Origin: an uncultured Gemmatimonadales bacterium
GTDB taxonomy: Bacteria; Gemmatimonadota; Gemmatimonadetes; Gemmatimonadales; GWC2-71-9
DNA: 64,000 nt
Reading direction: 5' to 3'
Assembly: GCA_963828735.1 (NCBI GenBank)
Contig: CAWHFW010000005.1
Coordinates: 1,408,001 to 1,472,000 of the forward strand
The position numbers and the translations under genes are program-made. Position 1 is the first letter of the stretch; the number at the start of each line of letters is the position of its first letter. Below the pieces are notes generated by a model that saw nothing but the letters and a program-made list of their open reading frames with translations, did no database searches and was not told where the DNA came from. This document shows positions 1-9,740 of the stretch, piece by piece.

Positions 1-1
1 C

Positions 2-448
2 GGCAAGCTGTCCTTCGACGAGGTACTGCTCAGCCCGAAGATCTCGGTGTGGTACGACATCGACAAGATCGATGGGCTCTACGCCGAAGCCGCCCTATCC
101 CACTCGTTGGCCCTCGGGGAAAGCCACTCGCTTGATCTGGGCGCGACGGCGGGATTCAATTCCGGACAGAATGCGGACCTGGACAGCAGCGGCATTCCCC
201 AGGCCGACTTCTTCAACTTCCAGGACAACGGCTTCACCCACCTCGACCTGTCGGCCGGATTCCCGCTCACCGCGGGAGCGTTCTCGATCACGCCCGTGCT
301 TCATTTCATCATCAATGGCGACGAGTTCACCAAGGTCACCTCGCCGACCAACAGCAGCGACACCAAGCTCTGGGGCGGGGTGACGATCAGCTGGTCCAAG
401 GACTACGCCCCGGCGGCGGAAACGTCGGACAGCACCAGCAGCGAGTAG
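2..448 (+). CDS. Outer-membrane beta-barrel-like protein (TorF/MipA-like), 5' truncated by window edge
   Basis: Frame open from base 2 (GKLSFDEVLLSPKISVWYDID...). Alternating amphipathic strands and a terminal aromatic strand (LWGGVTISW). Confidence 0.55.
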   Translation, partial: GKLSFDEVLLSPKISVWYDIDKIDGLYAEAALSHSLALGESHSLDLGATAGFNSGQNADLDSSGIPQADFFNFQDNGFTHLDLSAGFPLTAGAFSITPVLHFIINGDEFTKVTSPTNSSDTKLWGGVTISWSKDYAPAAETSDSTSSE

Positions 449-490
449 AGGCCGAGTCGGCTCGCAGGCTGCGAGCGCGGGCACGACGCC

Positions 491-526
491 ACGACGGGGG
501 CATGCGTTCGCGCGTGCCCCCGTCGT
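491..526. repeat. REP-like palindrome, GGGGGCATG core (copy A)
   Basis: ACGACGGGGGCATGCG-TTCG-CGCGTGCCCCCGTCGT, a 16-bp stem with one G-T pair. Confidence 0.75.
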
Positions 527-566
527 ATTTGCACATCGTCGAACCTACACACCGGGGAGCAGCTGC

Positions 567-1229
567 GTGAACGTCCTCATCTTCGGCGCCACCGGCATGG
601 TTGGGCAGGGGGCCCTGCGCGAGTGCCTGCTCGACTCCGGTGTCGAGCGCGTGCTCGCCGTCGGGCGCTCGGCGACCGGGCGGCAGTCGCCCAAGCTCCG
701 CGAGCTCGTGGTGCCGGACGTGGGGAATCTCACCGGCATCGAGGCCCAGCTCGCCGGGTTCGACGCGTGCTTCTTCTGTCTCGGTGTTTCGTCGCTCGGG
801 ATGGCGGAGGAGCGCTACCGGCAGCTCACCTACGACCTCACACTGGCCGTCGCGCGCACCGTGGTGGCCGCCAGCCCCCAGCTCACATTCGTCTACGTCT
901 CTGGCGCGGGCACGGACAGCAGCGAGCAGGGCCGCTCCATGTGGGCCCGGGTGAAGGGCAGAACCGAGAACGACCTGCGGCGCCTTCCGTTCAAGGCCGC
1001 CTACATGTTCCGGCCGGGCGCCATCGTTCCACTCCACGGTGTCCGTTCGAAGACGCGCTGGGTCCAGATCATGTACACGCTGGCCTCGCCGCTGGTGCCG
1101 GCATGGCGGGCGCTGTTCCCGAACACGATCACCACGACGGAGCAGGTGGGACTCGCGATGCTCCGGGTGGTGCGCAATGGCTACCCGTCGCCGATTCTCG
1201 AGACCCGCGATATCAACGCCTGTCGGTAA
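567..1229 (+). CDS. NAD(P)-binding epimerase/atypical SDR (TIP30/YraR-like)
   Basis: VLIFGATGMVG Rossmann motif; CFFCLG, VYVSGAG, FRPG. Confidence 0.85.
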   Translation: MNVLIFGATGMVGQGALRECLLDSGVERVLAVGRSATGRQSPKLRELVVPDVGNLTGIEAQLAGFDACFFCLGVSSLGMAEERYRQLTYDLTLAVARTVVAASPQLTFVYVSGAGTDSSEQGRSMWARVKGRTENDLRRLPFKAAYMFRPGAIVPLHGVRSKTRWVQIMYTLASPLVPAWRALFPNTITTTEQVGLAMLRVVRNGYPSPILETRDINACR

Positions 1230-1316
1230 GGGGATTTGATTAGATACACCGCTGTGCGGTTTTCTGGAATGCTGTCACGAGGACCACCACCCATTGTCAT
1301 CCACCGGAGCGTCACG

Positions 1317-1640
1317 ATGCTGCTGATCCGCGAAGTCTTCCACTGCCGGCCCGGCAAGGTCCGCGCCCTCCTCGAGAAGTTTCAGGCGATGAACCGCATC
1401 ATGGCCAACGCCGGCCAGGGCAACATGCGCCTGATGACCGATTTCACCGGCGAGCGCTACTGGACGCTGGTCGCCGAGTACGAGACACCCGGCATGGCCG
1501 AGTTCGAGAAGATGATGCAGGGCGGCGGGATGAGCGAGACGGACACGAAGGAGTTCGAGCGCCTCATGGAGGGTTACCATGACCTGATCGACAGCGGGCA
1601 CCGGGAGATCTACCGGCTGGAGCCGACCACCACGGGGTGA
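1317..1640 (+). CDS. Small NIPSNAP-like dimeric alpha/beta protein
   Basis: MLLIREVFHCRPGKVRALLEKF...YWTLVAEYE...HREIYRLE. GGAG upstream of ATG 1317. Confidence 0.65.
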   Translation: MLLIREVFHCRPGKVRALLEKFQAMNRIMANAGQGNMRLMTDFTGERYWTLVAEYETPGMAEFEKMMQGGGMSETDTKEFERLMEGYHDLIDSGHREIYRLEPTTTG

Positions 1641-1707
1641 TCGGCCTACCATCGTCAAGCTGCGTGCCCGAGGTCGCGGGCCGGGTCTCTACCGCCACTG
1701 AGCCCGA

Positions 1708-3063
1708 TCAGTCCAGGCCGGCCGCGACCTCCTTGAACGTGTCCTCGAGCCGGTTCAGCATCTCCTGAAGCGTCGCCTTCGGAATGCCGAGCGCGGGCTC
1801 GATCCGGATGACCTGCGCCTTGCTGTATGTGCCGGCCACGAGCACGCCGCGCTTGAACAGCCCCGCCGCCACCTGCCAGCCGATCTCCTGGACGGGGAAC
1901 TCCATTCCGATCAGCAGTCCCTTGCCGTGCGCGTCGGCGAGGATCCGGGGGTATTTCCCCTTGAGCCCGGCCAGCTCCCGGAGCAGGTAGTCGCCCTTGG
2001 CCGCGGCCTGGCCGGGGAGATCCTCCTCCAGGGTCACCTGGATCGCCGCCAGGCCCGCGGCGCAGGCGAGCGGATTCCCGCCGAACGTGGTCGAGTGGAT
2101 GATCGGATTCGGGATCATGACCTCCCACACCGTGGGATTCGCGATGAACGCCGACAGCGGCATGACGCCGCCACCGAGCGACTTGCCCAGGCACATGATG
2201 TCGGGCTCGACGTTCCAGTGGTCCATGCCCCACAGCTTGCCGGTGCGGCCCATGCCGGTCTGAATCTCATCGGCGATGAGCAGCGCGCCGAACTTCGTGC
2301 ACGCCGCCCGGGCGCGCGGGAGGTAGTCATCCGGCGGCACCACCCCGCCCGCCTCGCCCTGCACCGGCTCGAGCACCACGCCGGCGATATGGGTCCCGAC
2401 TTCGTCGCAGCGGCGAAGCTCGTCCTCCAACGCGGCCGCGTCGCCGTACGGAACGAACCGCACGTCCTGGAGGCCGCCCTGGAACGGCTCGCGGAACGAG
2501 GCCTTTCCCATCAGCGAGAGTGACCCCATCGACTTCCCATGGAAGCCGCCGATGGTCGAGATGAACGTGTTGCGCTTGGTGTAGAGACGCGCGAGCTTGA
2601 TCGCGCCCTCGATCGCGTCGGTTCCGTTATTGATGAAGAAGGAATTCTGCAGCTCGCCCGGGGTCACCTCGGCCAGCACCTTGGCGAGGGCCGCGCGCCA
2701 CGGTTCGAGCAGCTCCTGGCTGTTGAGCGCCATGCGCTGGAGCTGGTCCGTGAGCGCCTTCACGATCGTGGGGTGGTTGACACCGGCGCTGAAGATGCCG
2801 TAGCCGCCGAGGCAGTCGATATACTCGCGGCCGAGAAGGTCGTGAAGCACGGACCCCTCGCCGCTCCACTCGAGCGCGGCGAACTGCCCGGCCTGGGTGA
2901 CCGACTTCCGGTAGGTGATGAACCCGCGATTGTAGTACCGCTCGTAGCTGTCCACCGTCTCGGCGATGAACGACTGCTTCTCCTCCAGGGACATCTCACG
3001 CCCGGCGATCAGCTCCAGATACCGGGACGTGTGCCGCAATACTTCGGCATTCGGCAGACGCAA
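1708..3063 (-). CDS. patA: Putrescine aminotransferase (class III PLP)
   Basis: YNRGFITYRKSVT...EW and IDCLGGYGIF match the PatA/YgjG N-terminus; DEIQTGMGRTG and CLGKSLGGG (PLP Lys). TTG start. Confidence 0.9.
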   Translation of the reverse strand: MRLPNAEVLRHTSRYLELIAGREMSLEEKQSFIAETVDSYERYYNRGFITYRKSVTQAGQFAALEWSGEGSVLHDLLGREYIDCLGGYGIFSAGVNHPTIVKALTDQLQRMALNSQELLEPWRAALAKVLAEVTPGELQNSFFINNGTDAIEGAIKLARLYTKRNTFISTIGGFHGKSMGSLSLMGKASFREPFQGGLQDVRFVPYGDAAALEDELRRCDEVGTHIAGVVLEPVQGEAGGVVPPDDYLPRARAACTKFGALLIADEIQTGMGRTGKLWGMDHWNVEPDIMCLGKSLGGGVMPLSAFIANPTVWEVMIPNPIIHSTTFGGNPLACAAGLAAIQVTLEEDLPGQAAAKGDYLLRELAGLKGKYPRILADAHGKGLLIGMEFPVQEIGWQVAAGLFKRGVLVAGTYSKAQVIRIEPALGIPKATLQEMLNRLEDTFKEVAAGLD

Positions 3064-3103
3064 TTAATCGGCGCTCCTTTGGTAGAGGACGGATGGGCCA
3101 TGG

Positions 3104-3130
3104 GCGGGTGCGGATCCCTTCCGCACCCGC
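3104..3130. terminator. Intergenic hairpin between the oxidoreductase and patA
   Basis: GCGGGTGCGGA-TCCCT-TCCGCACCCGC, 11-bp stem, no clear U-tract. Confidence 0.4.
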
Positions 3131-4390
3131 TCAGCTCAGCCAATCGCTGACCCTATAATATCCGCCCACGAGCGGCAGAAACCACGGTCGGCCGCCGTAC
3201 AGCGGCACCGCCGGGAACGGGGCCGTGAGTCTCGGCATCGGTCCGGCGCCCGCCAGCGCGTCTCCCATTCGCGTGCCCATCCAGTTCGCCAGCGCGACAC
3301 CGTGACCGCCGTAGCCGAGGGCGTAGTGGATCCCGTCGAGCACGCCAGCGTGCGGCATCTGATCCATCGTAAAGGCCACCTGCCCGCCCCAGGCGTATTC
3401 CACGGGCGCCCCGGCTAGCTCCGGGAACACCTCGACCATTCCGCGCCGGAGGATCGCGGCGCTTCGGGCCACCGGGGTCGGCGTGAACGCGGCGCGACCG
3501 CCGAACACCATGCGACCGTCGGGCGACAGGCGAAAGTAGTACAGCAGATTCTTCGTATCGCTCAGCACGCGCCGCCGAGGAATCAGGCGCCCCGCGAGCG
3601 CCGCGTCCAGCGGCGCGGTCGCGATCAGGTAGCTCCCGACCGGCACCACACGGCGCCGCAACGCCGGCACGGCCGCTCCCGTATACCCATTGGTCGCGAC
3701 GAGCACCTCGCGGGCCGCGATGGCTCCGCGCGCCGTCGTCACCGTGAAGCCCCCACCCGCGCGCGCGACCCGACACACGTCGACCGCCTCGACGAGCCGG
3801 GCGCCCGCCCGTTCCGTCGCGGCGGCGAGCCCCCGAAGCAGGGCGGCCGGCTGGACCGAGCCGGCGAAGGGATCGAGCAGTCCGCCGTGGTATCGACTCG
3901 AGCCGATCTCGTCCCGCAGCTCCGCAGGGGTCAGCACGATCGTCTCGTGCGCGAGCTCGTTGCGGAGGAAGCGGCGGCTCTGGTCGAGTATCCGCAGGTG
4001 CCCAGGCCGCGCGGCCAGCACCACCGTCCCGCAGCGTGCGTAGCCGCAGTCGATTCGCTCCTCGGCAATGGTCGCCTCGAGCGCGCAGACGGCCTCGAGC
4101 GACAGCTCGAACAGCCTTCTCGCCTCCGCGACGCCGCGCTGGCGCGCGAGGGCCTCGATCTCCGGCTTGAAGCCCGGCAGCACGAACCCGCCGTTCCGAC
4201 TGCTCGCACCCCAGCCGATCGTGTGACGTTCGAGCACGGTGACGTCCGCGCCGCGCCGCGCCAGCGCCCTCGCCGCGGCGAGGCCGGTGTAGCCCCCGCC
4301 GAGGATCGCCACGTCCGTCCGCGCCGGAAGCTCGGCCGTCCCGCGCGCCGGCAGCGGCGCGGCGTCCGTCCAGAGACAGCGCTCGATCAG
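3131..4390 (-). CDS. FAD-dependent oxidoreductase, PuuB/DAO family
   Basis: DVAILGGGYTG, GWGASSRNGG, LVATNGY, YYFRLSPDGRMVFGG, GYGGHGV. Start inferred at CTG 4390, overlapping the upstream TGA. Confidence 0.85.
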   Translation of the reverse strand: MIERCLWTDAAPLPARGTAELPARTDVAILGGGYTGLAAARALARRGADVTVLERHTIGWGASSRNGGFVLPGFKPEIEALARQRGVAEARRLFELSLEAVCALEATIAEERIDCGYARCGTVVLAARPGHLRILDQSRRFLRNELAHETIVLTPAELRDEIGSSRYHGGLLDPFAGSVQPAALLRGLAAATERAGARLVEAVDVCRVARAGGGFTVTTARGAIAAREVLVATNGYTGAAVPALRRRVVPVGSYLIATAPLDAALAGRLIPRRRVLSDTKNLLYYFRLSPDGRMVFGGRAAFTPTPVARSAAILRRGMVEVFPELAGAPVEYAWGGQVAFTMDQMPHAGVLDGIHYALGYGGHGVALANWMGTRMGDALAGAGPMPRLTAPFPAVPLYGGRPWFLPLVGGYYRVSDWLS

Positions 4391-5742
4391 CGGAACAGCC
4401 CCTCGGCGCGCACGCTCTCGCGGAAGACGTCGGTATGGAGGTCCACGTCGTCCTCGGTCACCGCGGGGGCGAGCAGCGCCATATTGTGAAACGGCGTGAG
4501 CAGGATCCCGCGGTTGAGCGCTGCCAGATGCATGTACCGCTCGAGGTCGGGGTCCACCGCCGCGGCTGCCTCCCCACCATTCCGGGGCGGCGTCGGACGA
4601 AACCAGTACTCCACCCGGCACCCGAGCCGCTTCACGATCCAGGGCAGGCAGGACTCGGTGATGACGTCCTCGATGCCGCGCGCGAAGCGCTCGGCCAGCG
4701 GGATCGTGCGTCGAAAACTGGACTCGGTCAGCACGTGCTCCAGGGTGGCGCGCATCGCGGCCGTGGCCAGCGCATTGGCCGCGAGTGTGCCGCCGATCCC
4801 ACCGGTATCGGCCGTTTCAAGGCGCGAGTGCGCGCGGACACGCTCCGCGACCCCTTCGCTCAGGCCGTAGACCGCGCCCGGGACCCCGCCGGCCACCGGC
4901 TTGCCGAGCGTGAGGAGGTCGGGCTCAAGCCCGTGCGTGCGCGTATACCCACCCGGACCCGCGCAGATGGTGTGCGTCTCGTCGATGACGAGCAGTGTGC
5001 CGGCCCGGCGGGTGAGTTCCCGGAGCGCCGAGTGGAAGCCCGGCTCGGGATGCACGATCCCGACGTTGGTGAGCGCCGGCTCGGCCAGCACGCACGCCAC
5101 ATCGCCATGGCGCAGCGCGGCTTCCAGCGCCGGCAAATCGTTGAACTCGACGACGCGTGTCGTGAGCGCCGGGTCCACGGGTGGCCCGATGTTCCCCTCG
5201 CGCGCCACCACGCGGCCGTCCCGAAGCGTCGCGAGCGTCTCGTCGACCGTGCCGTGATAGCACCAGTTGAACACCAGAATCTTGGGGCGGCCGGTAATTT
5301 CGCGTGCCAGGCGGATGGCGAAGCGGTTGGCATCGGTGGCGGTGACGGCGAACTGCCAGTACGGAAGGCCGAAGCGGCGGGCCAGCTCCTCACCTACCCA
5401 AACCGCATCTTCGGTCGGGAGCATGAACGTGAAGCCGAGCCCAGCTTGCGCGCGTACGGCTTCGACGGTGGGGGGCGGGGCATGTCCGGTCATCGCCCCG
5501 GTGTCGCCGAGGCAGAGGTCCAGATAGCGGTGCCCGTCGACGTCGGTGAGGTACCCGCCGTCGCCGGCCGCGGCGAACAGCGGAAACCCGCCGGCCCACC
5601 GCTCCATCCATTGCATGGGCACGCCGCCGAGCAGGGATTGCCGGGCCCGGCGGTACAGCGCCAGCGAGCGCGGGTGCGCGTCGCGGAAGCGTCGCTCCTC
5701 GTCCGCGAGCAGGACGCCGAGGCGCCCGCGGTCGAGGATCAT
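4387..5742 (-). CDS. Class III PLP aminotransferase (GSA-aminomutase-like), substrate unknown
   Basis: DVDGHRYLDLCLGDTG, YHG, IDETHT, TLGKPVAGG. ATGA overlap with the gabT stop. Confidence 0.85.
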   Translation of the reverse strand: MILDRGRLGVLLADEERRFRDAHPRSLALYRRARQSLLGGVPMQWMERWAGGFPLFAAAGDGGYLTDVDGHRYLDLCLGDTGAMTGHAPPPTVEAVRAQAGLGFTFMLPTEDAVWVGEELARRFGLPYWQFAVTATDANRFAIRLAREITGRPKILVFNWCYHGTVDETLATLRDGRVVAREGNIGPPVDPALTTRVVEFNDLPALEAALRHGDVACVLAEPALTNVGIVHPEPGFHSALRELTRRAGTLLVIDETHTICAGPGGYTRTHGLEPDLLTLGKPVAGGVPGAVYGLSEGVAERVRAHSRLETADTGGIGGTLAANALATAAMRATLEHVLTESSFRRTIPLAERFARGIEDVITESCLPWIVKRLGCRVEYWFRPTPPRNGGEAAAAVDPDLERYMHLAALNRGILLTPFHNMALLAPAVTEDDVDLHTDVFRESVRAEGLFR

Positions 5743-7094
5743 GCCAGCGCCGGCGCCCGTCCCACCGCGGCTTCGAGCGCGGCTCCCATCACGTCGAGAC
5801 CTTCGTCGATCACCGCATCCTCGGCGGTGAGCGGCGCCAGCACGCGGATGGTGTTGCTGAACGTGCCGGACGAGAGCAGCACCAGCCCACGCTCCAGCGC
5901 GGCCGCGACGATTCGACCGGTCAGCGCCTTGTCGGGCGTCCGGCTTTCGCGGTCGGTCACGATCTCCATGCCGATCATCGCCCCGAGGCCGCGCACGTCG
6001 CCGATGCACTGGAACTGTTCCCCCCACTGCCGAAAGCGCGCCTTCACCCGGTCGCCCGTGCGCTGGGCGCGCGCGGGGATGCGCTCGGCCTCCATCGCCT
6101 CGAGGACTGCCAACGCGGCGGCGCACGCGAGCGGATTGCCGCCGTACGTGCCGCCCAAGCCTCCCACCTGCGGCGCCTCCATCACGTCGGCGCGACCGGT
6201 GACGGCCGCGAGCGGCAGCCCGCCGGCCAGCGACTTGGCCGTCGTGATCAGGTCTGGCACGAGGCCGTAGTGCTCGCTCGCGAACATCTTGCCGGTGCGC
6301 CCGAACCCGGTCTGAATCTCGTCAGCAATGAAGAGGATCCCATGCTGCTTCGCGAAGGCGGCGAGCGTCTGCACGTACTCGACCGGCGCCGGGACGAACC
6401 CGCCCTCACCCAGCTCGAGCTCCATGATGACCGCGGCCACCGATCCCGGGTCCACCGTCCCCGCGAGGATCGCCTCCAGGCGCGCAGGACTCGCCATGCA
6501 GCAGCGGTCGCCGCTCGGACCCTCGGTGCAGCGGTAGCAGTAGGGATAGGGAATCCGGTACACCTCGGGCGCGAACGGGCCGAACCCCTTCTTGTACGGC
6601 ACCACCTTGGCGGTGAGCGCCATCGCGAGGTTGGTGCGTCCGTGGAATCCGTGCTCGAAGCAGAGAACCGCCTGTCTCCCGGTGAAGTGGCGCGCCACCT
6701 TCACCGCGTTCTCGACCGCCTCGGCGCCGCTGTTGACGAAGAAGGTGCGCTTCTCGTGGGAGCCGGGCGTCACGCGGTTGAGCCGTTCAGCGAGCGCGAC
6801 GTAGGGCTCGTACGTGGACACCGGGAAACACACGTGTGCGAACCGGTCGAGCTGCTCGCGGACCGCCTCGACCACGCCGGGGTGCCTGTGACCGGTGTTG
6901 ACCACGCCGATGCCGCCGCCGAAGTCGATGAGGCGGTTGCCGTCGGCGTCGGTCAGGATGGCTCCCTCGGCGTGGACGACGGCGATCGGCGTCACGGCTG
7001 GGACGCCTCTGGGGACCGCCTTCGCGCGGCGAGCCAGGAGGGCGCGGCTGTTGGGGCCGGGGATCTCGGTGTTCAGATGGATGACGCCGGACAT
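5739..7094 (-). CDS. gabT: 4-aminobutyrate:2-oxoglutarate transaminase
   Basis: IDFGGGIGVVNTGHRHP, NSGAEAVENAVK, PYKKGFGPF, TTAKSLAGGLPL, GGTYGGNP. Confidence 0.88.
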   Translation of the reverse strand: MSGVIHLNTEIPGPNSRALLARRAKAVPRGVPAVTPIAVVHAEGAILTDADGNRLIDFGGGIGVVNTGHRHPGVVEAVREQLDRFAHVCFPVSTYEPYVALAERLNRVTPGSHEKRTFFVNSGAEAVENAVKVARHFTGRQAVLCFEHGFHGRTNLAMALTAKVVPYKKGFGPFAPEVYRIPYPYCYRCTEGPSGDRCCMASPARLEAILAGTVDPGSVAAVIMELELGEGGFVPAPVEYVQTLAAFAKQHGILFIADEIQTGFGRTGKMFASEHYGLVPDLITTAKSLAGGLPLAAVTGRADVMEAPQVGGLGGTYGGNPLACAAALAVLEAMEAERIPARAQRTGDRVKARFRQWGEQFQCIGDVRGLGAMIGMEIVTDRESRTPDKALTGRIVAAALERGLVLLSSGTFSNTIRVLAPLTAEDAVIDEGLDVMGAALEAAVGRAPALA

Positions 7095-7321
7095 GATGGG
7101 CCTCGACGGGGAAGTGCGTGGGACGCGTCATCCCGCGCGTGCGAGCGGGGCACGCATCGTCGCACGCCTCGCTCGCCTACCCGGGTGACTCGCGTGCCTT
7201 GACAGTAAGGCGCCCTCGCGGCGCCCGCCACCCCCGTGCTTCTCAGGCGTGGATTTCCGATGTAGCATTGTACCGAAGGCCCCTCTCGAGCTCAGCCACA
7301 TCTCTCAAGGAGCAGCGTCCC

Positions 7322-8506
7322 ATGACTTGGCGGCGTTCGAGGTTATCCGTGGCCCTGGCCCTCGCCCTGGCCACCATGGTCGGTTCAGGCTGCGGCGGCG
7401 GGGAGAAACCGGCGGCCGCGCCAGCCACGAAAGCGACGAAGATAGCGATCACGCCCACCGGCGACGCGCGCGCGGACGCGAAGACGTACCTGGCCCAGCT
7501 TTGCCCGAAGCCCATCGGCGGCGAGCTGAATTTCATGGTGTGGGAAGGCTACACCGACACGCTGTTCACGCGTCCCTTCGAGGACGCCTGCGGCGTCAAG
7601 GTCAACGCCACCTACATGGGCTCGAGCGACGACCTGGTCGCCAAGCTGCGCGCCGGGGGCGCCGAGACGATTGACCTCATCTCGCCATCGAGCGACGCGG
7701 CCACGGCGATCATCGATGCCGGCCTCGCGGCGCCGCTCGACCTCGCACGCATCCCGAGCTACCCGGATTTGAGCGAGGGGTTCCGCAACCTCAAGGTGGC
7801 CCGAAAGGACAGCACGGTGTTCGGCGTACCGTGGGCCTTCGGACCGAACCCCCTCATCTACGACACCACCAAGATCACGAAGGCGCCCGATTCGTGGGGC
7901 GCGCTGTGGGACAAGAAGTACCGCGGCAAGCTGTCGCTCCAGGACGACATCGCCACGCTGTACATGGTGGCGCAGTATCTCGGGATGGACGACCCGAACG
8001 ACCCGAGCAAGCTGTACAACCTGAGCGACGAGGACCTCGCGAAGGTCAAGGCCAAGATGCTCGAGCTCCGGCCGAACGTCCGGAAGTACTGGGTCACTGC
8101 CGGCGACATGACGCAGCTCTTCCAGAGCGGCGAGGTCGTGGCCGGCGAGGGCTGGCCGCTCATGACGAACCAGCTCCGCCAGGCCAAGTTCCCCGCTGGC
8201 GAGACGATCCCGAAGGAGGGCACCACCGCGTGGGCCGACCACTGGGTCCTCACCAAGGGCGCCAAGAACCTCGATGCCGCCTATGCCTGGCTCGAGTACA
8301 CGGCGCAGCCGTTCACCCAGAAGCTGCTGTACGACGTCACCGCCTACATCGTGGCCAACTCGTCGGCGAAGAGCTACATGAGTCCCGAGCAGGCGGCGAG
8401 CCAGCGCGACATCGCCGACTACGGCACCAAGGTGAACTTCTGGCAGTGGAGCCCGCGGCGTGAGAAGTATCAGGAGATCTGGAACGAGGTGAAGGCCGCC
8501 AAGTAG
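7322..8506 (+). CDS. potD: Polyamine ABC transporter substrate-binding lipoprotein (PotD/PotF family)
   Basis: Lipobox GSGC; VWEGY, SWGALWD, PKEGTTAWAD. RBS AAGGAG. Confidence 0.85.
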   Translation: MTWRRSRLSVALALALATMVGSGCGGGEKPAAAPATKATKIAITPTGDARADAKTYLAQLCPKPIGGELNFMVWEGYTDTLFTRPFEDACGVKVNATYMGSSDDLVAKLRAGGAETIDLISPSSDAATAIIDAGLAAPLDLARIPSYPDLSEGFRNLKVARKDSTVFGVPWAFGPNPLIYDTTKITKAPDSWGALWDKKYRGKLSLQDDIATLYMVAQYLGMDDPNDPSKLYNLSDEDLAKVKAKMLELRPNVRKYWVTAGDMTQLFQSGEVVAGEGWPLMTNQLRQAKFPAGETIPKEGTTAWADHWVLTKGAKNLDAAYAWLEYTAQPFTQKLLYDVTAYIVANSSAKSYMSPEQAASQRDIADYGTKVNFWQWSPRREKYQEIWNEVKAAK

Positions 8507-8508
8507 AG

Positions 8509-8596
8509 GAGCGGTGAGCGGTGAGCGGGAGCACCGGAGGTTTCCAGTGCATTGTTCCCGCTCACCGCTCACCGCTCACCGCTGGTCACTCACCGC
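8509..8596. repeat. Heptamer-repeat (GCGGTGA/TCACCGC) inverted repeat forming a long stem-loop
   Basis: 8509-8530 is the exact reverse complement of 8556-8577 (22 bp). Inner GCAC/GTGC hairpin; extra CTCACCGC units downstream. Confidence 0.85.
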
Positions 8597-8606
8597 CCCC
8601 CCACCC

Positions 8607-9740
8607 ATGACCACTCCTCCTCTCGACAGCTCCCTCGATCTCGACAAGGTGACGCGGCGGCACGAAACCTATCGGATGCCGATCCTCGAGTTGCGCCGTC
8701 TGACCAAGCGGTTCGGGGACTTCGCCGCGGTGGACGACCTGTCGCTCGACATCGCCGCGGGCGAGTTCCTCACGCTGCTCGGCGCCTCCGGCTCGGGGAA
8801 GACCACGACGCTTCGGATGATCGCCGGGTTCGAGCCGCCCACCTCGGGCGAGATCCTGATGACGGGAACGCCGATCGCCGCCCTGCCGCCGTTCAAGCGC
8901 GACATCAACACCGTCTTTCAGCACTACGCGTTATTTCCGCACATGAGCGTGCGTGACAACATCGCCTATGGCCTGCGGATGCGGCGCGTGCCAGCCGCCG
9001 AGCGCGAGGAGCGGGTGACGAAGGCCCTGGAGATGGTCAAGCTCGACCAGCTCGGCGCCCGGTCGCCCCGTCAGCTGAGCGGAGGGCAGCAGCAGCGGGT
9101 CGCCCTCGCCAGGGCGCTGGTCAACCGCCCGCGCGTCCTGCTGCTGGACGAGCCGCTGGGCGCGCTCGACCTCAAGCTGCGGAAGGAGATGCAGCTCGAG
9201 CTCAAGCACCTGCAGACCCACCTGGGCATCACCTTCGTCTACGTGACGCACGATCAGGAGGAGGCGCTCACCATGAGCGACCGGATCGTCCTGATGCGTC
9301 AGGGCCGCGTCGCCCAGGTCGGCAGCCCGCGCGACCTGTACGACCGCCCGGCGTCGCGCTACGTCGCGGACTTCATCGGCGAGACCAACCTGCTCCCCGG
9401 CACGGTCGTCGAGAGCACCGGCCGGACCGCCACGCTGCGCATGGGCGACGTGACCCTTCGCGGCGTGACCGACGCGCCGCTCGCGCCGGGCGCCGAGGCG
9501 TGGATGACGGTCCGGCCAGAGGCGATCGACCTCTCGGACGGCGCGGTGCCGGCCGGGCACAACGTCGTCACGGGCACCGTGGCCGACGCGGTGTATGCGG
9601 GCTCCGCCCTGCGCGTCCACGTCGCGCTCGCGGGCGGCCGCCGGCTGGTGGCGAACGTGCCGACCGGGACCGTGGCCGCCAACGGCGAGACCGTCACCGT
9701 CAGCTGGCCGGTCGAGCAGGGACGCTGTGTCGGCGATTGA
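8607..9740 (+). CDS. potA: Polyamine ABC transporter ATP-binding protein (alternative start 8676)
   Basis: GASGSGKTT, LSGGQQQRVALARAL, LLLDEPLGALD, C-terminal TOBE-like region. Confidence 0.9.
   Translation: MTTPPLDSSLDLDKVTRRHETYRMPILELRRLTKRFGDFAAVDDLSLDIAAGEFLTLLGASGSGKTTTLRMIAGFEPPTSGEILMTGTPIAALPPFKRDINTVFQHYALFPHMSVRDNIAYGLRMRRVPAAEREERVTKALEMVKLDQLGARSPRQLSGGQQQRVALARALVNRPRVLLLDEPLGALDLKLRKEMQLELKHLQTHLGITFVYVTHDQEEALTMSDRIVLMRQGRVAQVGSPRDLYDRPASRYVADFIGETNLLPGTVVESTGRTATLRMGDVTLRGVTDAPLAPGAEAWMTVRPEAIDLSDGAVPAGHNVVTGTVADAVYAGSALRVHVALAGGRRLVANVPTGTVAANGETVTVSWPVEQGRCVGD

Noticed and set aside
4387..5742. hemL assignment, given hemA and hemH nearby
   Set aside because: Coupled to gabT and the PuuB-like gene; motifs differ from true HemL (DETHT rather than DEVMTGFR).
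8509..8596. CRISPR array (also considered for 41330-41420 and the REP copies)
   Set aside because: No repeat-spacer periodicity and no cas genes; these are short tandem or inverted repeats.
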